Assembly: GCA_947454605.1 (NCBI GenBank)
Contig: CANGLL010000001.1
Location: 31,523 to 95,522, forward strand
Direction of reading: 5' to 3'
DNA: 64,000 nt
From: Methylococcaceae bacterium
Lineage (GTDB): Bacteria; Pseudomonadota; Gammaproteobacteria; Methylococcales; Methylomonadaceae
The notes under the pieces are model-generated. The model was given only the letters and a program-made list of their open reading frames with translations, had not been told where the DNA came from and searched no databases. Numbering within the stretch: the first letter of the stretch is position 1; the number at the start of each line of letters is the position of its first letter. Shown piece after piece: positions 52,132-62,240 of the stretch. Both the position numbers and the translations under genes were made by a program.

Positions 52132-52612
52132 TTTAAAAATGTTGAAGTGGTTAGCGTTATCTTTATTAGCTGTGGTTTTAGATCAAGCGAGTAAATGGGC
52201 TGTGGACAGCTCAATGCAGCTTTATCAGTCCATTCCGTTAGTACCTTATTTTAATTTAACGTATGTACGAAATACGGGGGCTGCTTTTAGTTTTTTAAGT
52301 GAAGCGGGTGGCTGGCAGCGCTGGTTCTTTGCTGGGTTAGCAATTGTTATTAGTATTGTTATCGCTGTGTGGTTGGCGCGCTTAAAACAACATGAAACGC
52401 TGTTAGCTGTAGCGCTATCTTTAGTGTTGGGTGGAGCAATTGGTAATTTGATTGATCGCCTAGCCTATGGTTATGTTATAGATTTCTTAGATGTTTATTA
52501 TCAAACTTGGCATTGGCCAGCTTTTAATATTGCGGATTCGGCTATTACGCTGGGGGTGGTATTAATGCTACTGGAATCTTTTGGTTTAGTCGGTTCAAAA
52601 CAGTCGGAATAA
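52124..52612 (+). CDS. lspA: Signal peptidase II
   Basis: [32 protein letters not shown]; ATG 52124 overlaps the end of ileS. Confidence 0.95.
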   Translation: MHNLKMLKWLALSLLAVVLDQASKWAVDSSMQLYQSIPLVPYFNLTYVRNTGAAFSFLSEAGGWQRWFFAGLAIVISIVIAVWLARLKQHETLLAVALSLVLGGAIGNLIDRLAYGYVIDFLDVYYQTWHWPAFNIADSAITLGVVLMLLESFGLVGSKQSE

Positions 52613-52621
52613 AAGCACTGT

Positions 52622-53152
52622 TTACTTTATGCGTTGCCAGTCAAATGTAGCACCCGGATCCGTTTTTCGGCTGGGTGCAATGTCGCTATGACCGGTAATA
52701 TCTTGCTTAGATAGCTTCGGATAATATTCTATTAAGAGTGTTAGTATTTTGTTAAGTTTTTGGTATTGCGCATCTGTATAGGCTATGGTTTCTGAGCCTT
52801 CTAGTTCAATACCGATAGAAAAGTCATTACAGCCTTCTCGGCCTTGATAGTTCGAGGCGCCCGCATGCCAAGCGCGTTTATTAAAAGGAACATATTGCAC
52901 GCAACTGCCATCACGTTTGATAACCAAGTGCGCGGATACTTTAAGTTGGTATATGTCTTTAAAGTAGGTATGGTCATCTGGATTAAGTTGGTTGCAGAAT
53001 AATTGATCGATATAAGGAGTATCAAATTGATTCGGCGGTAGGCTAATACAGTGAATAACCACTAAGGATATATCTGACTCATTGGCTCTATCGTCATAAT
53101 TTGGAGAGGGGTTGTGGTTTATCTCTGTGAGCCAATGATTATCTATATTCAT
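52622..53152 (-). CDS. ampD: 1,6-anhydro-N-acetylmuramyl-L-alanine amidase
   Basis: SPNYD, VIHCISLPP, VSAH, AWHAG, IGIELEG, GHSDIAP, RKTDPG. Confidence 0.94.
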   Translation of the reverse strand: MNIDNHWLTEINHNPSPNYDDRANESDISLVVIHCISLPPNQFDTPYIDQLFCNQLNPDDHTYFKDIYQLKVSAHLVIKRDGSCVQYVPFNKRAWHAGASNYQGREGCNDFSIGIELEGSETIAYTDAQYQKLNKILTLLIEYYPKLSKQDITGHSDIAPSRKTDPGATFDWQRIK

Positions 53153-53326
53153 GTCGTTAAAAAGTCAGTTAAATCAAAAACAAATTAATAGTTCTGCGAT
53201 AAAATAACCTTAATAGGCCTGCTTGTAACTTTAGATCATAATGATTTATCAATATATCGGCAATGTTTGATTTGATGGGCGTTTTTTATTTTTACCTTTC
53301 GTTGATAGAGTACTTAGAGAAATTTT

Positions 53327-54361
53327 ATGACACATTTGATTTGTGAAACTGTAATTAAAGGCTTTTTAATTGCCTTGTTGACAGGATGTGCAAGTGAAAA
53401 AGCGACTAAACTGCCCGTAAGTGTGGGTGAATCATCAAAGGTAACGTCTGCGAGTTTTTCTGAGGATATTTTAGACCCAAGCCAAAGTGGCGTTAAACCG
53501 CCTTATTCATCTAATTATGAAGCATTTGTATTAACAGGAACATACTCGCATTCGCCCGCAGTAATAAAGTTTATTAAACACATGGTTCATCAGCATGGAT
53601 TTTCAGAAACATATTTAAACGGATTATTTTCAAAAGCGAATCGATTAGACTCGGTTATAAAATTGGAAACACCAGAGCCATCAGTGGGGCCTGTAAAACC
53701 AAGTATCGGCAGTTGGACGCGTTATCGTAATAAATTTCTTACCGATGATCACATTAACAATGGCGTAGCGTTTTGGCGTAATAATGCTGAAACTATTCAA
53801 CAAGCCAGCTTAATTTATGGCGTTGATCCAGAATATATTGTGGGTATTATTGGTGTAGAAACTTATTTCGGCAGAAATTTTGGTAAGACGCGTATATTTG
53901 ATGCACTAACAACCCTGTCTTTCGATACTGAAAGGCGCTCTAAATATTTTATGTCGGAGTTAGAGAGTTTTTTGCTAATGGCAAGGGATGAGCACTTTGA
54001 TCCACTGCAGCCCCAAGGTTCATGGGCAGGGGCGATGGGTTATGGCCAATTTATGCCCAGTAATTTTAAGACATTAGCGGTAGATTTTAATAAAGATGGC
54101 AAGCGTGATTTATGGCATCCTCATGATGCGGTGGGAAGCGTCGCACATTACTTTTCTAAGAGTGGCTGGCAAATGCATAAGCCGGTTACAAAGCGAGTGG
54201 GTCTGTCTAAAGATCCCAACGTTATAGAATTGAGTACTTATGAAGGAAATGAATATTGGGAGACTTATCCTAATTTTAAAGTGATTAAGAAGTACAATAA
54301 TAGCAATAAATATGCGATGGCGGTTCATCAGTTAGCTCAAGCAATTAAGTCGCGTTATTAG
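53327..54361 (+). CDS. mltB: Lytic murein transglycosylase B
   Basis: Lipobox LLTGC, IIGVETYFG, GSWAGAMGYGQFMPS, EF-hand-like DFNKDG, YNNSNKYAMAV. Confidence 0.9.
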   Translation: MTHLICETVIKGFLIALLTGCASEKATKLPVSVGESSKVTSASFSEDILDPSQSGVKPPYSSNYEAFVLTGTYSHSPAVIKFIKHMVHQHGFSETYLNGLFSKANRLDSVIKLETPEPSVGPVKPSIGSWTRYRNKFLTDDHINNGVAFWRNNAETIQQASLIYGVDPEYIVGIIGVETYFGRNFGKTRIFDALTTLSFDTERRSKYFMSELESFLLMARDEHFDPLQPQGSWAGAMGYGQFMPSNFKTLAVDFNKDGKRDLWHPHDAVGSVAHYFSKSGWQMHKPVTKRVGLSKDPNVIELSTYEGNEYWETYPNFKVIKKYNNSNKYAMAVHQLAQAIKSRY

Positions 54362-54573
54362 TCAGTTAGCTACAGTTAAGATCAAAATTAAAGCGTAAAT
54401 ACACTTCATTTATTGGTCATAACTCATAGCATTAGTGTTAAAAATCACTAAAAATAACAGTATTTTGAATAGATGTGCATGCAGATTAAAAATTGAGCTG
54501 ATTTTTTTTAGTGACTGTTAGATAATATCAACTTATATTTATAATAATAATTACTTTAAGGTATACGAAGAAA

Positions 54574-55089
54574 ATGGAGAAACAGCATAGTTTTACGCGC
54601 GAAGAACTATTAAAGTCCGGTAGGGGGGAGTTATACGGACCTAAGAATGCGCAATTACCCTTGCCGAATATGCTGATGATGGATCGTATCACGTATATCT
54701 CTGATGAAGGTGGTACCTACGGTAAAGGTGAGATTGTTGCAGAGTTAGATGTAACGCCTGATTTATGGTTTTTTGATTGTCATTTCCAAGGTGATCCCGT
54801 GATGCCCGGTTGTTTAGGTTTGGACGCTATGTGGCAACTCGTGGGCTTTTATTTATGCTGGATGGGTGGTCCAGGTAAAGGTCGCGCATTGGGCGTGGGC
54901 GAAGTTAAATTCACCGGTCAAGTATTACCTACTGCTAAAAAAGTCACTTATCGGATCAATCTAAAACGTTTAATTATGCGTAAACTTGTGATGGGAATCG
55001 CAGATGCCACTATGGAAGTTGATGGCAAGATTATCTACGAAGCGACAGATCTTCGAGTAGGTTTATTTACATCTACAGCCGATTTTTAG
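54574..55089 (+). CDS. fabA: 3-hydroxydecanoyl-ACP dehydratase/isomerase
   Basis: [33 protein letters not shown]. Confidence 0.96.
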   Translation: MEKQHSFTREELLKSGRGELYGPKNAQLPLPNMLMMDRITYISDEGGTYGKGEIVAELDVTPDLWFFDCHFQGDPVMPGCLGLDAMWQLVGFYLCWMGGPGKGRALGVGEVKFTGQVLPTAKKVTYRINLKRLIMRKLVMGIADATMEVDGKIIYEATDLRVGLFTSTADF

Positions 55090-55099
55090 GATCACAGCA

Positions 55100-56320
55100 A
55101 TGAAAAGAGTGGTTGTTACAGGTTTAGGTATTGTTTCTAGTATAGGTAATAATTCAACAGAAGTGATTGATTCCTTAAAGGAAGGTCGTTCTGGTTTAAG
55201 TTTTTCTCAAGTCTACGCAGACTTAGGTTTTCGTAGTCATGTACACGGTGCCATCAATATTGATTTAGATGAAGCCATCGATCGAAAAGTTAAACGCTTT
55301 ATGGGTGATGGTGCGGCATTCAATTATATTGCGATGCAGCAAGCGATTGCTGATTCTGGATTAAACGATTCAGAAGTGTCTGACTTTAGAACGGGATTGG
55401 TCATGGGGTCGGGTGGCCCATCAACATCAAATATTGTTGAAGCGGCTGATATATTACGTGAAAAAGGTGTTAAAAAAATCGGTCCTTACATGGTGCCAAG
55501 AACCATGTCGAGTACTAATACTGCTTGTTTAGCCACGCCGTTTAAGATTAAAGGCGTCAATTATTCAATTAGCTCGGCTTGTGCAACCAGTGCGCATTGT
55601 ATTGGTCATGCTATGGAGTTAATTCAAATGGGCAAGCAAGATGTTGTTTTTGCCGGGGGCGGTGAAGAATTACATTGGACTATGTCTGTTTTATTTGATG
55701 CGATGGGTGCTTTATCATCTAAATATAATGATACGCCTGCTACGGCATCAAGAGCTTATGATGCAACCCGTGATGGTTTTGTAATTTCGGGTGGTGGTGG
55801 TGTTTTAGTCATTGAAGAACTAGAACATGCTAAAGCGCGTGGTGCTAAGATTTATGCAGAACTAGTAGGCTATGGTGCTACTTCAGATGGCTATGACATG
55901 GTACAACCTTCTGGTGAAGGTGCTATTCGTTGTATGCAACAAGCAATGGCTACGGTAGAAGGTAAGATTGATTACATTAATGCGCACGGTACAAGTACGC
56001 CAGTAGGCGATACTAAAGAATTAGAAGCTTTACGTGCCGTATTTGGTGCAGGTAACGTGCCTAGCGTGAGCTCTACTAAATCATTAACAGGTCATGCTTT
56101 AGGTGCTGCAGGTGTTAATGAGGCGATTTACTCACTACTCATGATGCAAGAAAACTTCTTAAGTGCATCAGCTAATATTACTGAGTTAGATCCTGCTGCT
56201 GAGGGCATTCCAATAGTGCGTGAGCGTCAAGATAACATTACGCTAAACACTATTATGTCTAACAGTTTTGGTTTTGGCGGCACTAACGCTACTTTAGTTT
56301 TTCAGCGTTATAACGGTTAA
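55100..56320 (+). CDS. fabB: Beta-ketoacyl-ACP synthase I
   Basis: [33 protein letters not shown]; follows fabA. Confidence 0.96.
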   Translation: MKRVVVTGLGIVSSIGNNSTEVIDSLKEGRSGLSFSQVYADLGFRSHVHGAINIDLDEAIDRKVKRFMGDGAAFNYIAMQQAIADSGLNDSEVSDFRTGLVMGSGGPSTSNIVEAADILREKGVKKIGPYMVPRTMSSTNTACLATPFKIKGVNYSISSACATSAHCIGHAMELIQMGKQDVVFAGGGEELHWTMSVLFDAMGALSSKYNDTPATASRAYDATRDGFVISGGGGVLVIEELEHAKARGAKIYAELVGYGATSDGYDMVQPSGEGAIRCMQQAMATVEGKIDYINAHGTSTPVGDTKELEALRAVFGAGNVPSVSSTKSLTGHALGAAGVNEAIYSLLMMQENFLSASANITELDPAAEGIPIVRERQDNITLNTIMSNSFGFGGTNATLVFQRYNG

Positions 56321-56331
56321 TAATTCCTTGT

Positions 56332-56363
56332 CGAGGCCTATTAAAATAGGCCTCGGTTTCTTT
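56332..56363 (+). terminator. Intrinsic terminator after fabB
   Basis: CGAGGCCTATT-AA-AATAGGCCTCG followed by GTTTCTTT. Confidence 0.75.
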
Positions 56364-56393
56364 CCCCCTTATCTCATTCAATATATTCTGACC

Positions 56394-57248
56394 ATGTCAG
56401 ATCCAACGCAAAAAGCCCGATACGAATTTAATAAGATCCAGAAACGTTTAAGACATACGGTTGGCGATGCGATTGCTGACTATAATATGATCGAAGATGG
56501 CGATAAGGTCATGGTGTGTCTATCAGGCGGTAAAGACTCCTTTACCCTGCTTGATGTGTTAATGAATTTACAAAAGACCGCGCCGGTTAATTTTGAAATT
56601 ATTGCTGTTAATCTGGATCAAAAACAACCCGGATTTCCTGAACATGTATTGCCTGCGTATTTAGAGTCCATTGGGGTGCCCTATCATATTATTGAGAAAG
56701 ACACGTACAGCATAGTTAAGCGTGTCATTCCTGAGGGAAATACAACGTGTGGTTTATGTTCGCGACTACGACGGGGCACTTTATATGGTTATGCAGAAGC
56801 CAATGGTGTGACCAAGATTGCATTAGGCCATCATCGTGATGATATTTTAGAAACGTTCTTTCTTAATATTTTTTATGGTGGCAAACTAAAAGCAATGCCA
56901 CCCAAACTATTAAGTGATGATAAAAAGAATATCATTATTAGGCCCCTAGCCTATACACGTGAGAAAGATATAGAGCGTTTTGCTGCTTTTAAAGATTTCC
57001 CTATTATTCCCTGTAATTTATGTGGTTCTCAGGAGAATCTGCAAAGACAAGCTATGAAAATGATGCTGACAACCTGGGATAAGCAATTTCCTGGGCGATT
57101 GGAAACAATTTTCACCAGTTTGCAGAATATTGCTCCCTCACAGTTAGTGGATAGAAATTTGTTTGATTTTGTTAACTTGATGCAAGAAACGAACACAGAA
57201 GAGAGCTCTCAATCAGCTCCTGCTGGGTTAGACGTATTAGAATATTAA
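56394..57248 (+). CDS. ttcA: tRNA 2-thiocytidine(32) synthetase
   Basis: SGGKDS PP-loop, [22 protein letters not shown]. Confidence 0.95.
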   Translation: MSDPTQKARYEFNKIQKRLRHTVGDAIADYNMIEDGDKVMVCLSGGKDSFTLLDVLMNLQKTAPVNFEIIAVNLDQKQPGFPEHVLPAYLESIGVPYHIIEKDTYSIVKRVIPEGNTTCGLCSRLRRGTLYGYAEANGVTKIALGHHRDDILETFFLNIFYGGKLKAMPPKLLSDDKKNIIIRPLAYTREKDIERFAAFKDFPIIPCNLCGSQENLQRQAMKMMLTTWDKQFPGRLETIFTSLQNIAPSQLVDRNLFDFVNLMQETNTEESSQSAPAGLDVLEY

Positions 57249-57369
57249 AGTAAGAACTCGCCAGTGCTGGCAAAAAAAGATATATAACCCAACTGACTGA
57301 TTTTACTCATTCATAGAGATGAGCAACTCTTTGGTTTTGGATAATTTAAATAGTGGCTCGTGCATACCA

Positions 57370-58524
57370 ATGACACCCATACAATATATAAACACCCCCG
57401 ATCAATTAACTGTGCTGTGTGAACAGATTAAAAAAGAGTCTTGGTTGGCGTTGGATACTGAATTTTTACGCGAAAAAACGTATTACCCTAAATTTTGTTT
57501 ATTACAAATCGCAACCCCTGAATGGGTTGCTTGTGTTGATCCTATTGCTTTACCTAATTTGGATCAATTATTTGATGCAATTTACAATCCTGAAATTGTT
57601 AAAGTTTTCCATTCTTGTCGCCAAGATTTAGAAATTTTCTTTCAAGCGACAGGTAAATTACCTACGCCCGTATTTGATACACAAGTGGCCGCGCCTTTAT
57701 TGGGTTTTCAGGATAATCCAGGGTATGCCATGTTAGTATCCAGCTTTTTAGGTGTTAATCTTAATAAAGCACATACCCGAGCTGATTGGAGTAAGCGTCC
57801 GTTAACGCCAGCAGAAATTGAATATGCAGCAGATGATGTGATTTATTTATGTAAGATTTATCAAGTCATGGTGCAAAAACTGACTAAATTAGGTCGTATT
57901 GATTGGCTAATACAAGACTTTGCAGACCTATCAAATCCAGATCACTATAAAGTAGATCCTGAAAAGGCATGGTTTAAAGTTAAAGGTAAAAATAAATTGA
58001 CGGGTAAACAACTGTCAATTATTCAAACCCTAGCCGCTTGGCGTGAAAAAATGGCGCAAGCAGAAGATAGGCCTAAAAGTTGGTTGTTGCGTGATGAATT
58101 ATTATTTGATTTAGCTAAGTTGCAACCCGAAACAGTGCCAGAATTGGCGGGTGTTAGAGGGATTAATGAGCGATCAGTTAATCGCTATGGCAAAGAATTG
58201 TGCCAATTAATTAATGAGGCTAAAAATCGTCCACCTCAACCGCTAAATGATAAGGATAAGTCGGCAAAGAAAACGCAACAACAAGAGGCTATCTTAGATA
58301 TTTTGACGGCTTTGGTTAGAGTCCGTGCAGAAGAAAATGCGTTAAACCCCAGCATTTTAGCATCTCGAAAAGATTTAGAAGACTTGTTGTTGAATGGTGA
58401 TGAAGAATTACCTTTATTACATGGCTGGCGATACAGCATGGCGGGTAAAGAGTTAGTGGGTCTCATAAAAGGTCAGTTATTGTTAGGCATAGATGTAGAT
58501 CGATTAGCGATTATTGAAAAATAG
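57370..58524 (+). CDS. rnd: Ribonuclease D
   Basis: ALDTEFLRE, FDTQVAA, DWSKRPL, YAADDV, HRDC domain. Confidence 0.94.
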   Translation: MTPIQYINTPDQLTVLCEQIKKESWLALDTEFLREKTYYPKFCLLQIATPEWVACVDPIALPNLDQLFDAIYNPEIVKVFHSCRQDLEIFFQATGKLPTPVFDTQVAAPLLGFQDNPGYAMLVSSFLGVNLNKAHTRADWSKRPLTPAEIEYAADDVIYLCKIYQVMVQKLTKLGRIDWLIQDFADLSNPDHYKVDPEKAWFKVKGKNKLTGKQLSIIQTLAAWREKMAQAEDRPKSWLLRDELLFDLAKLQPETVPELAGVRGINERSVNRYGKELCQLINEAKNRPPQPLNDKDKSAKKTQQQEAILDILTALVRVRAEENALNPSILASRKDLEDLLLNGDEELPLLHGWRYSMAGKELVGLIKGQLLLGIDVDRLAIIEK

Positions 58525-58619
58525 TAAGATCGATTTGTTTTAAATTTTACAAGGGATGCTTGCTCTGGTGAGTTGGCTTATAATACCGAAGTTTTTTTAT
58601 GTTTATATTGGGAGTTAGA

Positions 58620-59183
58620 ATGAAAAGAGTTACATTGATCGCAACAAGTTTAATGTTTTTATTTGCCGCTGTTGCTCACGCACATGGCCCTGTTCGTCAA
58701 AAAGCTGAAGAACAAATTACTATTAATGCCCCCGCTGAAAAAGTTTGGGGATTAATCAAAGATTTTGGTGATATGTCTTGGCACCCACTTATTTTTAGCA
58801 CAACTATTAATGGTGGTAACACTAAAGGTGCAACACGCGTTTTAACATTAAAAGACGGTGGCACTATTACTGAAGAATTAAAAAAATATGACGAAGCTAA
58901 AATGTCATATGCCTACAAAATTACTGATATCAGTATTGCAAAAACAATCGTACATGCGGGCCTAGAAGAAAAAGTACCTGCACTACCTGTTGATAATTAC
59001 TCTGCAAGTATTGAAGTAGAAGCTAAAGGCGCAACCACTGTGGTTTCTTGGACCGCCGGTTATTACCGCGCATACACAAACAACAATCCTCCGGTAGAAA
59101 TGAACGAAGAAACTGCAAATGCGGCAGTGAACGAAGTATTGAAAACAGGTTTATTTAACCTTAAAGCACTTGCTGAAAAGTAA
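58620..59183 (+). CDS. Periplasmic SRPBCC protein, MxaD-like
   Basis: Signal peptide ending AHA-HGP, INAPAEKVW, SWHP, GATRVLTL, YYRAY..NNPP, resembling MxaD. Confidence 0.75.
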   Translation: MKRVTLIATSLMFLFAAVAHAHGPVRQKAEEQITINAPAEKVWGLIKDFGDMSWHPLIFSTTINGGNTKGATRVLTLKDGGTITEELKKYDEAKMSYAYKITDISIAKTIVHAGLEEKVPALPVDNYSASIEVEAKGATTVVSWTAGYYRAYTNNNPPVEMNEETANAAVNEVLKTGLFNLKALAEK

Positions 59184-59194
59184 GGATTTAACCG

Positions 59195-60154
59195 GTGTTT
59201 TTTAAAAAATACCCAGTGGTAGTGGCATTAGCTGCTGCCACTTTTTTTTGCACGCCACTCATGGCCAGTCCCTTTGCTTATATTACTAATCAATTGGATG
59301 ACAGTGTTTCTATTATTGATACACAGCAAGCTAAAGTAGTGGGTAGCGTTCATGTACAAGGTAAACCTGCCGGTGTTGCGGTGTCACCTCTGGGCGATAA
59401 AGTATATATCAGCACGCCAGAAGCCCACGGCTTCGCAGTGCTAGATACCCAAAAACAGGCCGTTACTCATACTGTCCCAGTGAGTGAGGGGGCTTTAGGT
59501 ATTGCAGTGAGCACTAAGGGTAAACACATCTATGTGGCTGATTGGTATAACAATAATGTTGACGTGGTAGATGCGCAGAGTTTAAAAGTAATCAAAACAA
59601 TTGCCGTCGGTAAGTCGCCATCAGGTTTAGTCGTGAGTCCTGATAATCATTGGTTATATGTCGCTAATCGCTTGAGTAATTCGGTTTCTAAAATTAATTT
59701 AGACTCATTAACCGTTGTTAAAACCACTTTTGTGGGAGCCCATCCTTTTGGTTTAACCATCGACTCCACAGGTCAGCGAATTTATGTGGCCAATGTACAG
59801 AGCGATGATGTTTCGGTTTTAGAAACGAGAAGTTTACAAAATATTGCAACTATCAAAGTGAGTACTTTGCCTTATGCAACGGCTTTGGCTTTAAACGATT
59901 CGCGCTTATTTGTGACTAACCAAGATGATGGCACTGTCTCTGTTATTGACACACAGACATTAAAAAACCTGGGTTTAATAGAAGTGGGTACTAAACCTGA
60001 AGGCATTAATACCCACCCAGATGACCGTCATGTTTATGTCGCTAATTGGTTTGATAATACTGTTTCGGTTATTGATGCTAAAACGCTTAAAGTGGAAAAT
60101 ACTATAAAAACGGGCAAGGGGAGTAGAGCTTTTGGACAGTTCTTTGGTAAATAA
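59195..60154 (+). CDS. YVTN beta-propeller protein, MxaE-like
   Basis: Signal peptide; repeats AYITNQ, IYVADW, LYVANR, IYVANV, LFVTNQ, VYVANW; ends SRAFGQF. Confidence 0.8.
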   Translation: MFFKKYPVVVALAAATFFCTPLMASPFAYITNQLDDSVSIIDTQQAKVVGSVHVQGKPAGVAVSPLGDKVYISTPEAHGFAVLDTQKQAVTHTVPVSEGALGIAVSTKGKHIYVADWYNNNVDVVDAQSLKVIKTIAVGKSPSGLVVSPDNHWLYVANRLSNSVSKINLDSLTVVKTTFVGAHPFGLTIDSTGQRIYVANVQSDDVSVLETRSLQNIATIKVSTLPYATALALNDSRLFVTNQDDGTVSVIDTQTLKNLGLIEVGTKPEGINTHPDDRHVYVANWFDNTVSVIDAKTLKVENTIKTGKGSRAFGQFFGK

Positions 60155-60207
60155 GACTACAATTGCTACGCTAAATGCTTAATGGATAATTAATAAAAGA
60201 GAATAAA

Positions 60208-60498
60208 ATGGCTGAAACAGTAGATGAATTAACGGTAACTTACGAAGACGGTGGCGTTGAGACCGTTAAAGAACTGGATAAAAAGGTATTAACAAAAGGG
60301 GCTTGGGCAACAGTAATGTACCGTTACCAAGATTGGAACCGAGCTAAAGAAGAATACGGCCCCGATAAATACACCATTCGTCGTTATCAAAAACGCAATG
60401 GTGAGTATCAACAAAAATCAAAATTTAATATATCAAGTAAAGATCAAGCAAAAAGTATTATTGCCGCTTTAGAAGACTGGGTAGCATTAGAAGATTAA
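60208..60498 (+). CDS. Hypothetical protein (96 aa)
   Basis: Globular-looking composition, AGAG RBS, fills the intergenic gap on the coding strand. Confidence 0.75.
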   Translation: MAETVDELTVTYEDGGVETVKELDKKVLTKGAWATVMYRYQDWNRAKEEYGPDKYTIRRYQKRNGEYQQKSKFNISSKDQAKSIIAALEDWVALED

Positions 60499-60534
60499 GT
60501 GTGATGTTTTTTTACCGCAGGTGGAGAGTAAGTT

Positions 60535-62229
60535 ATGCAAGCACAGAGCGGATTTTTTATACAATTTTTACACTTGGCCGGTCCTTTTTGGCGCTCAGAA
60601 AATAAGGTCGTTATACGCCAACAAACATTCGTTTTTATTGGTTTAACCCTACTTCAAATGGTGCTCGCGGTGACTATCACCGAATGGAGTGCCGCATTAT
60701 TTAATGCCATCGAACAACACTCAATGCCTGAGTTGTTGACGCAGATTGGCTATCTTGTCTTAATCTTTGTAGCCAGTTTAGCGGTGACGGCTTATCACTT
60801 AAAAGTGAAGCGTCAGATACAAATTGCTTGGCGGGCTTGGTTAACTGAGCGGGTGATCGGACAATGGATGGACAAAGGCCGTCATTATCAAGTTACTCAT
60901 ATACAGACTGCAGAGCACGATAATCCTGATGGGCGTATTGCCGAAGATATAAGAATTGCAACGGATGAAGCGATCACCTTATCGCATTCTTTATTTTACA
61001 GCGTATTATTATTGATTAGTTTTACTGAGATACTGTGGACGCTTTCTGGCCGAATTGAGTTAAATTTAGGCTTGTTCACATTACCTATTTCCGGTTATTT
61101 AGTTATTGTGGCTATTATTTATTCATCCTTAGCTTCGGTTTTAGGTTGGTGGGTAGGGCAGCCCTTAACCTTAGCTACCAATGCTATGCAAACAGCAGAA
61201 GCTGATTTTAGATTCAGTTTAGTCAAAGCACGAGAACATTCACAAGCAATTGCCTTGATACGGGGTGAGAGTAACGAGAAAAAACGCTTCCATGACTTCT
61301 TTCAACATATCACCACAGCCTATAACCATCAGACTAACGCTTGGTCTAATATCTTAGTTTTTAATTCAGGGTATTCAGTATTGTCCATGGCTTTTCCTAT
61401 ACTGATAGCGGCCCCCCGATATATTTTGGGCACCCTCACATTAGGTGCTTTAATGCAATCAGTGCAGGCGTTTCAACAAGTGTCTACCGCATTGTCATGG
61501 CCTGCCAATAATATGGCCGCCATTGCGCAATGGCGCGCTTCTGTTGAGCGTGTATTGAGCTTGGTTAAAGCCCTAGATGATTTGGAAATAGAAATTGCCA
61601 GACCCGATCCACAAAGAATTTTAATAGAAAAGCCCGAACAAAATGTTTTAGTGTTTGATGATCTTTGTTTGTCAAAACTGAATGGAGAAGTTGTCTTATC
61701 CCATTTAAATGAAAGAATTGCCCAAGGCGAACATATTTTAATTAAAGGTGATACGGGAAATGGATCAAAACTATTTAAAGCCATTGCCGGGCTTTGGCCT
61801 TGGGGTTCTGGTCGTATAGAGTTGCCAGATGGCGATCCTATGTTTTTTATGGCGCCGCGCCCTTTTTTACCAGATGGTACCTTACGTGCGGCAATCTGTT
61901 ATCCCTGTTTGCCAGAAGGCTGCCGAGCAGTCTTGTTAGATAGTTTCTTTAAACTAGCGGGGCTAGAGGCGTTATTAGCGCAATTAGATCAAGTGGATGA
62001 GTGGGATAAAGTCTTAACCCGAGAGCAACAACAACGCTTAGGTATGGTGCGCTTATTGTTATACGCGCCCAAATGGATTTTAATTGAAGAGGCTTTTGAC
62101 TCGTTAGATCCAGAAAGCGAAGCTTTAATGTTGCGGACTATTTGTCAGCAATTACCGGATGCAACTTTGATAACCCTATCTAATCAACCGACAGCAGAAG
62201 CGTTTCATACCCGGCATATTGTTTTATAA
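60535..62229 (+). CDS. ABC half-transporter, YddA/BclA/Rv1819c (ABCD-like) family, degenerate NBD
   Basis: DNPDGRIAED, EADFRFSL, AGLWPWGSG; Walker A, signature and Walker B altered. Confidence 0.85.
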   Translation: MQAQSGFFIQFLHLAGPFWRSENKVVIRQQTFVFIGLTLLQMVLAVTITEWSAALFNAIEQHSMPELLTQIGYLVLIFVASLAVTAYHLKVKRQIQIAWRAWLTERVIGQWMDKGRHYQVTHIQTAEHDNPDGRIAEDIRIATDEAITLSHSLFYSVLLLISFTEILWTLSGRIELNLGLFTLPISGYLVIVAIIYSSLASVLGWWVGQPLTLATNAMQTAEADFRFSLVKAREHSQAIALIRGESNEKKRFHDFFQHITTAYNHQTNAWSNILVFNSGYSVLSMAFPILIAAPRYILGTLTLGALMQSVQAFQQVSTALSWPANNMAAIAQWRASVERVLSLVKALDDLEIEIARPDPQRILIEKPEQNVLVFDDLCLSKLNGEVVLSHLNERIAQGEHILIKGDTGNGSKLFKAIAGLWPWGSGRIELPDGDPMFFMAPRPFLPDGTLRAAICYPCLPEGCRAVLLDSFFKLAGLEALLAQLDQVDEWDKVLTREQQQRLGMVRLLLYAPKWILIEEAFDSLDPESEALMLRTICQQLPDATLITLSNQPTAEAFHTRHIVL

Positions 62230-62240
62230 GTGCCTTGATA

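Noticed and set aside
54362-54573. FabR/DesT operator upstream of fabA
   Set aside because: Only weak short inverted repeats (e.g. TAGTG-N8-CACTA); no convincing match.
422-61784. Many 60-130 aa ORFs antisense to or nested in long genes (e.g. 3556-3792, 5014-5367, 6064-6465, 12026-12319, 20697-21059, 34118-34468, 61473-61784)
   Set aside because: Shadow frames of well-supported genes; no recognisable motifs or RBS.
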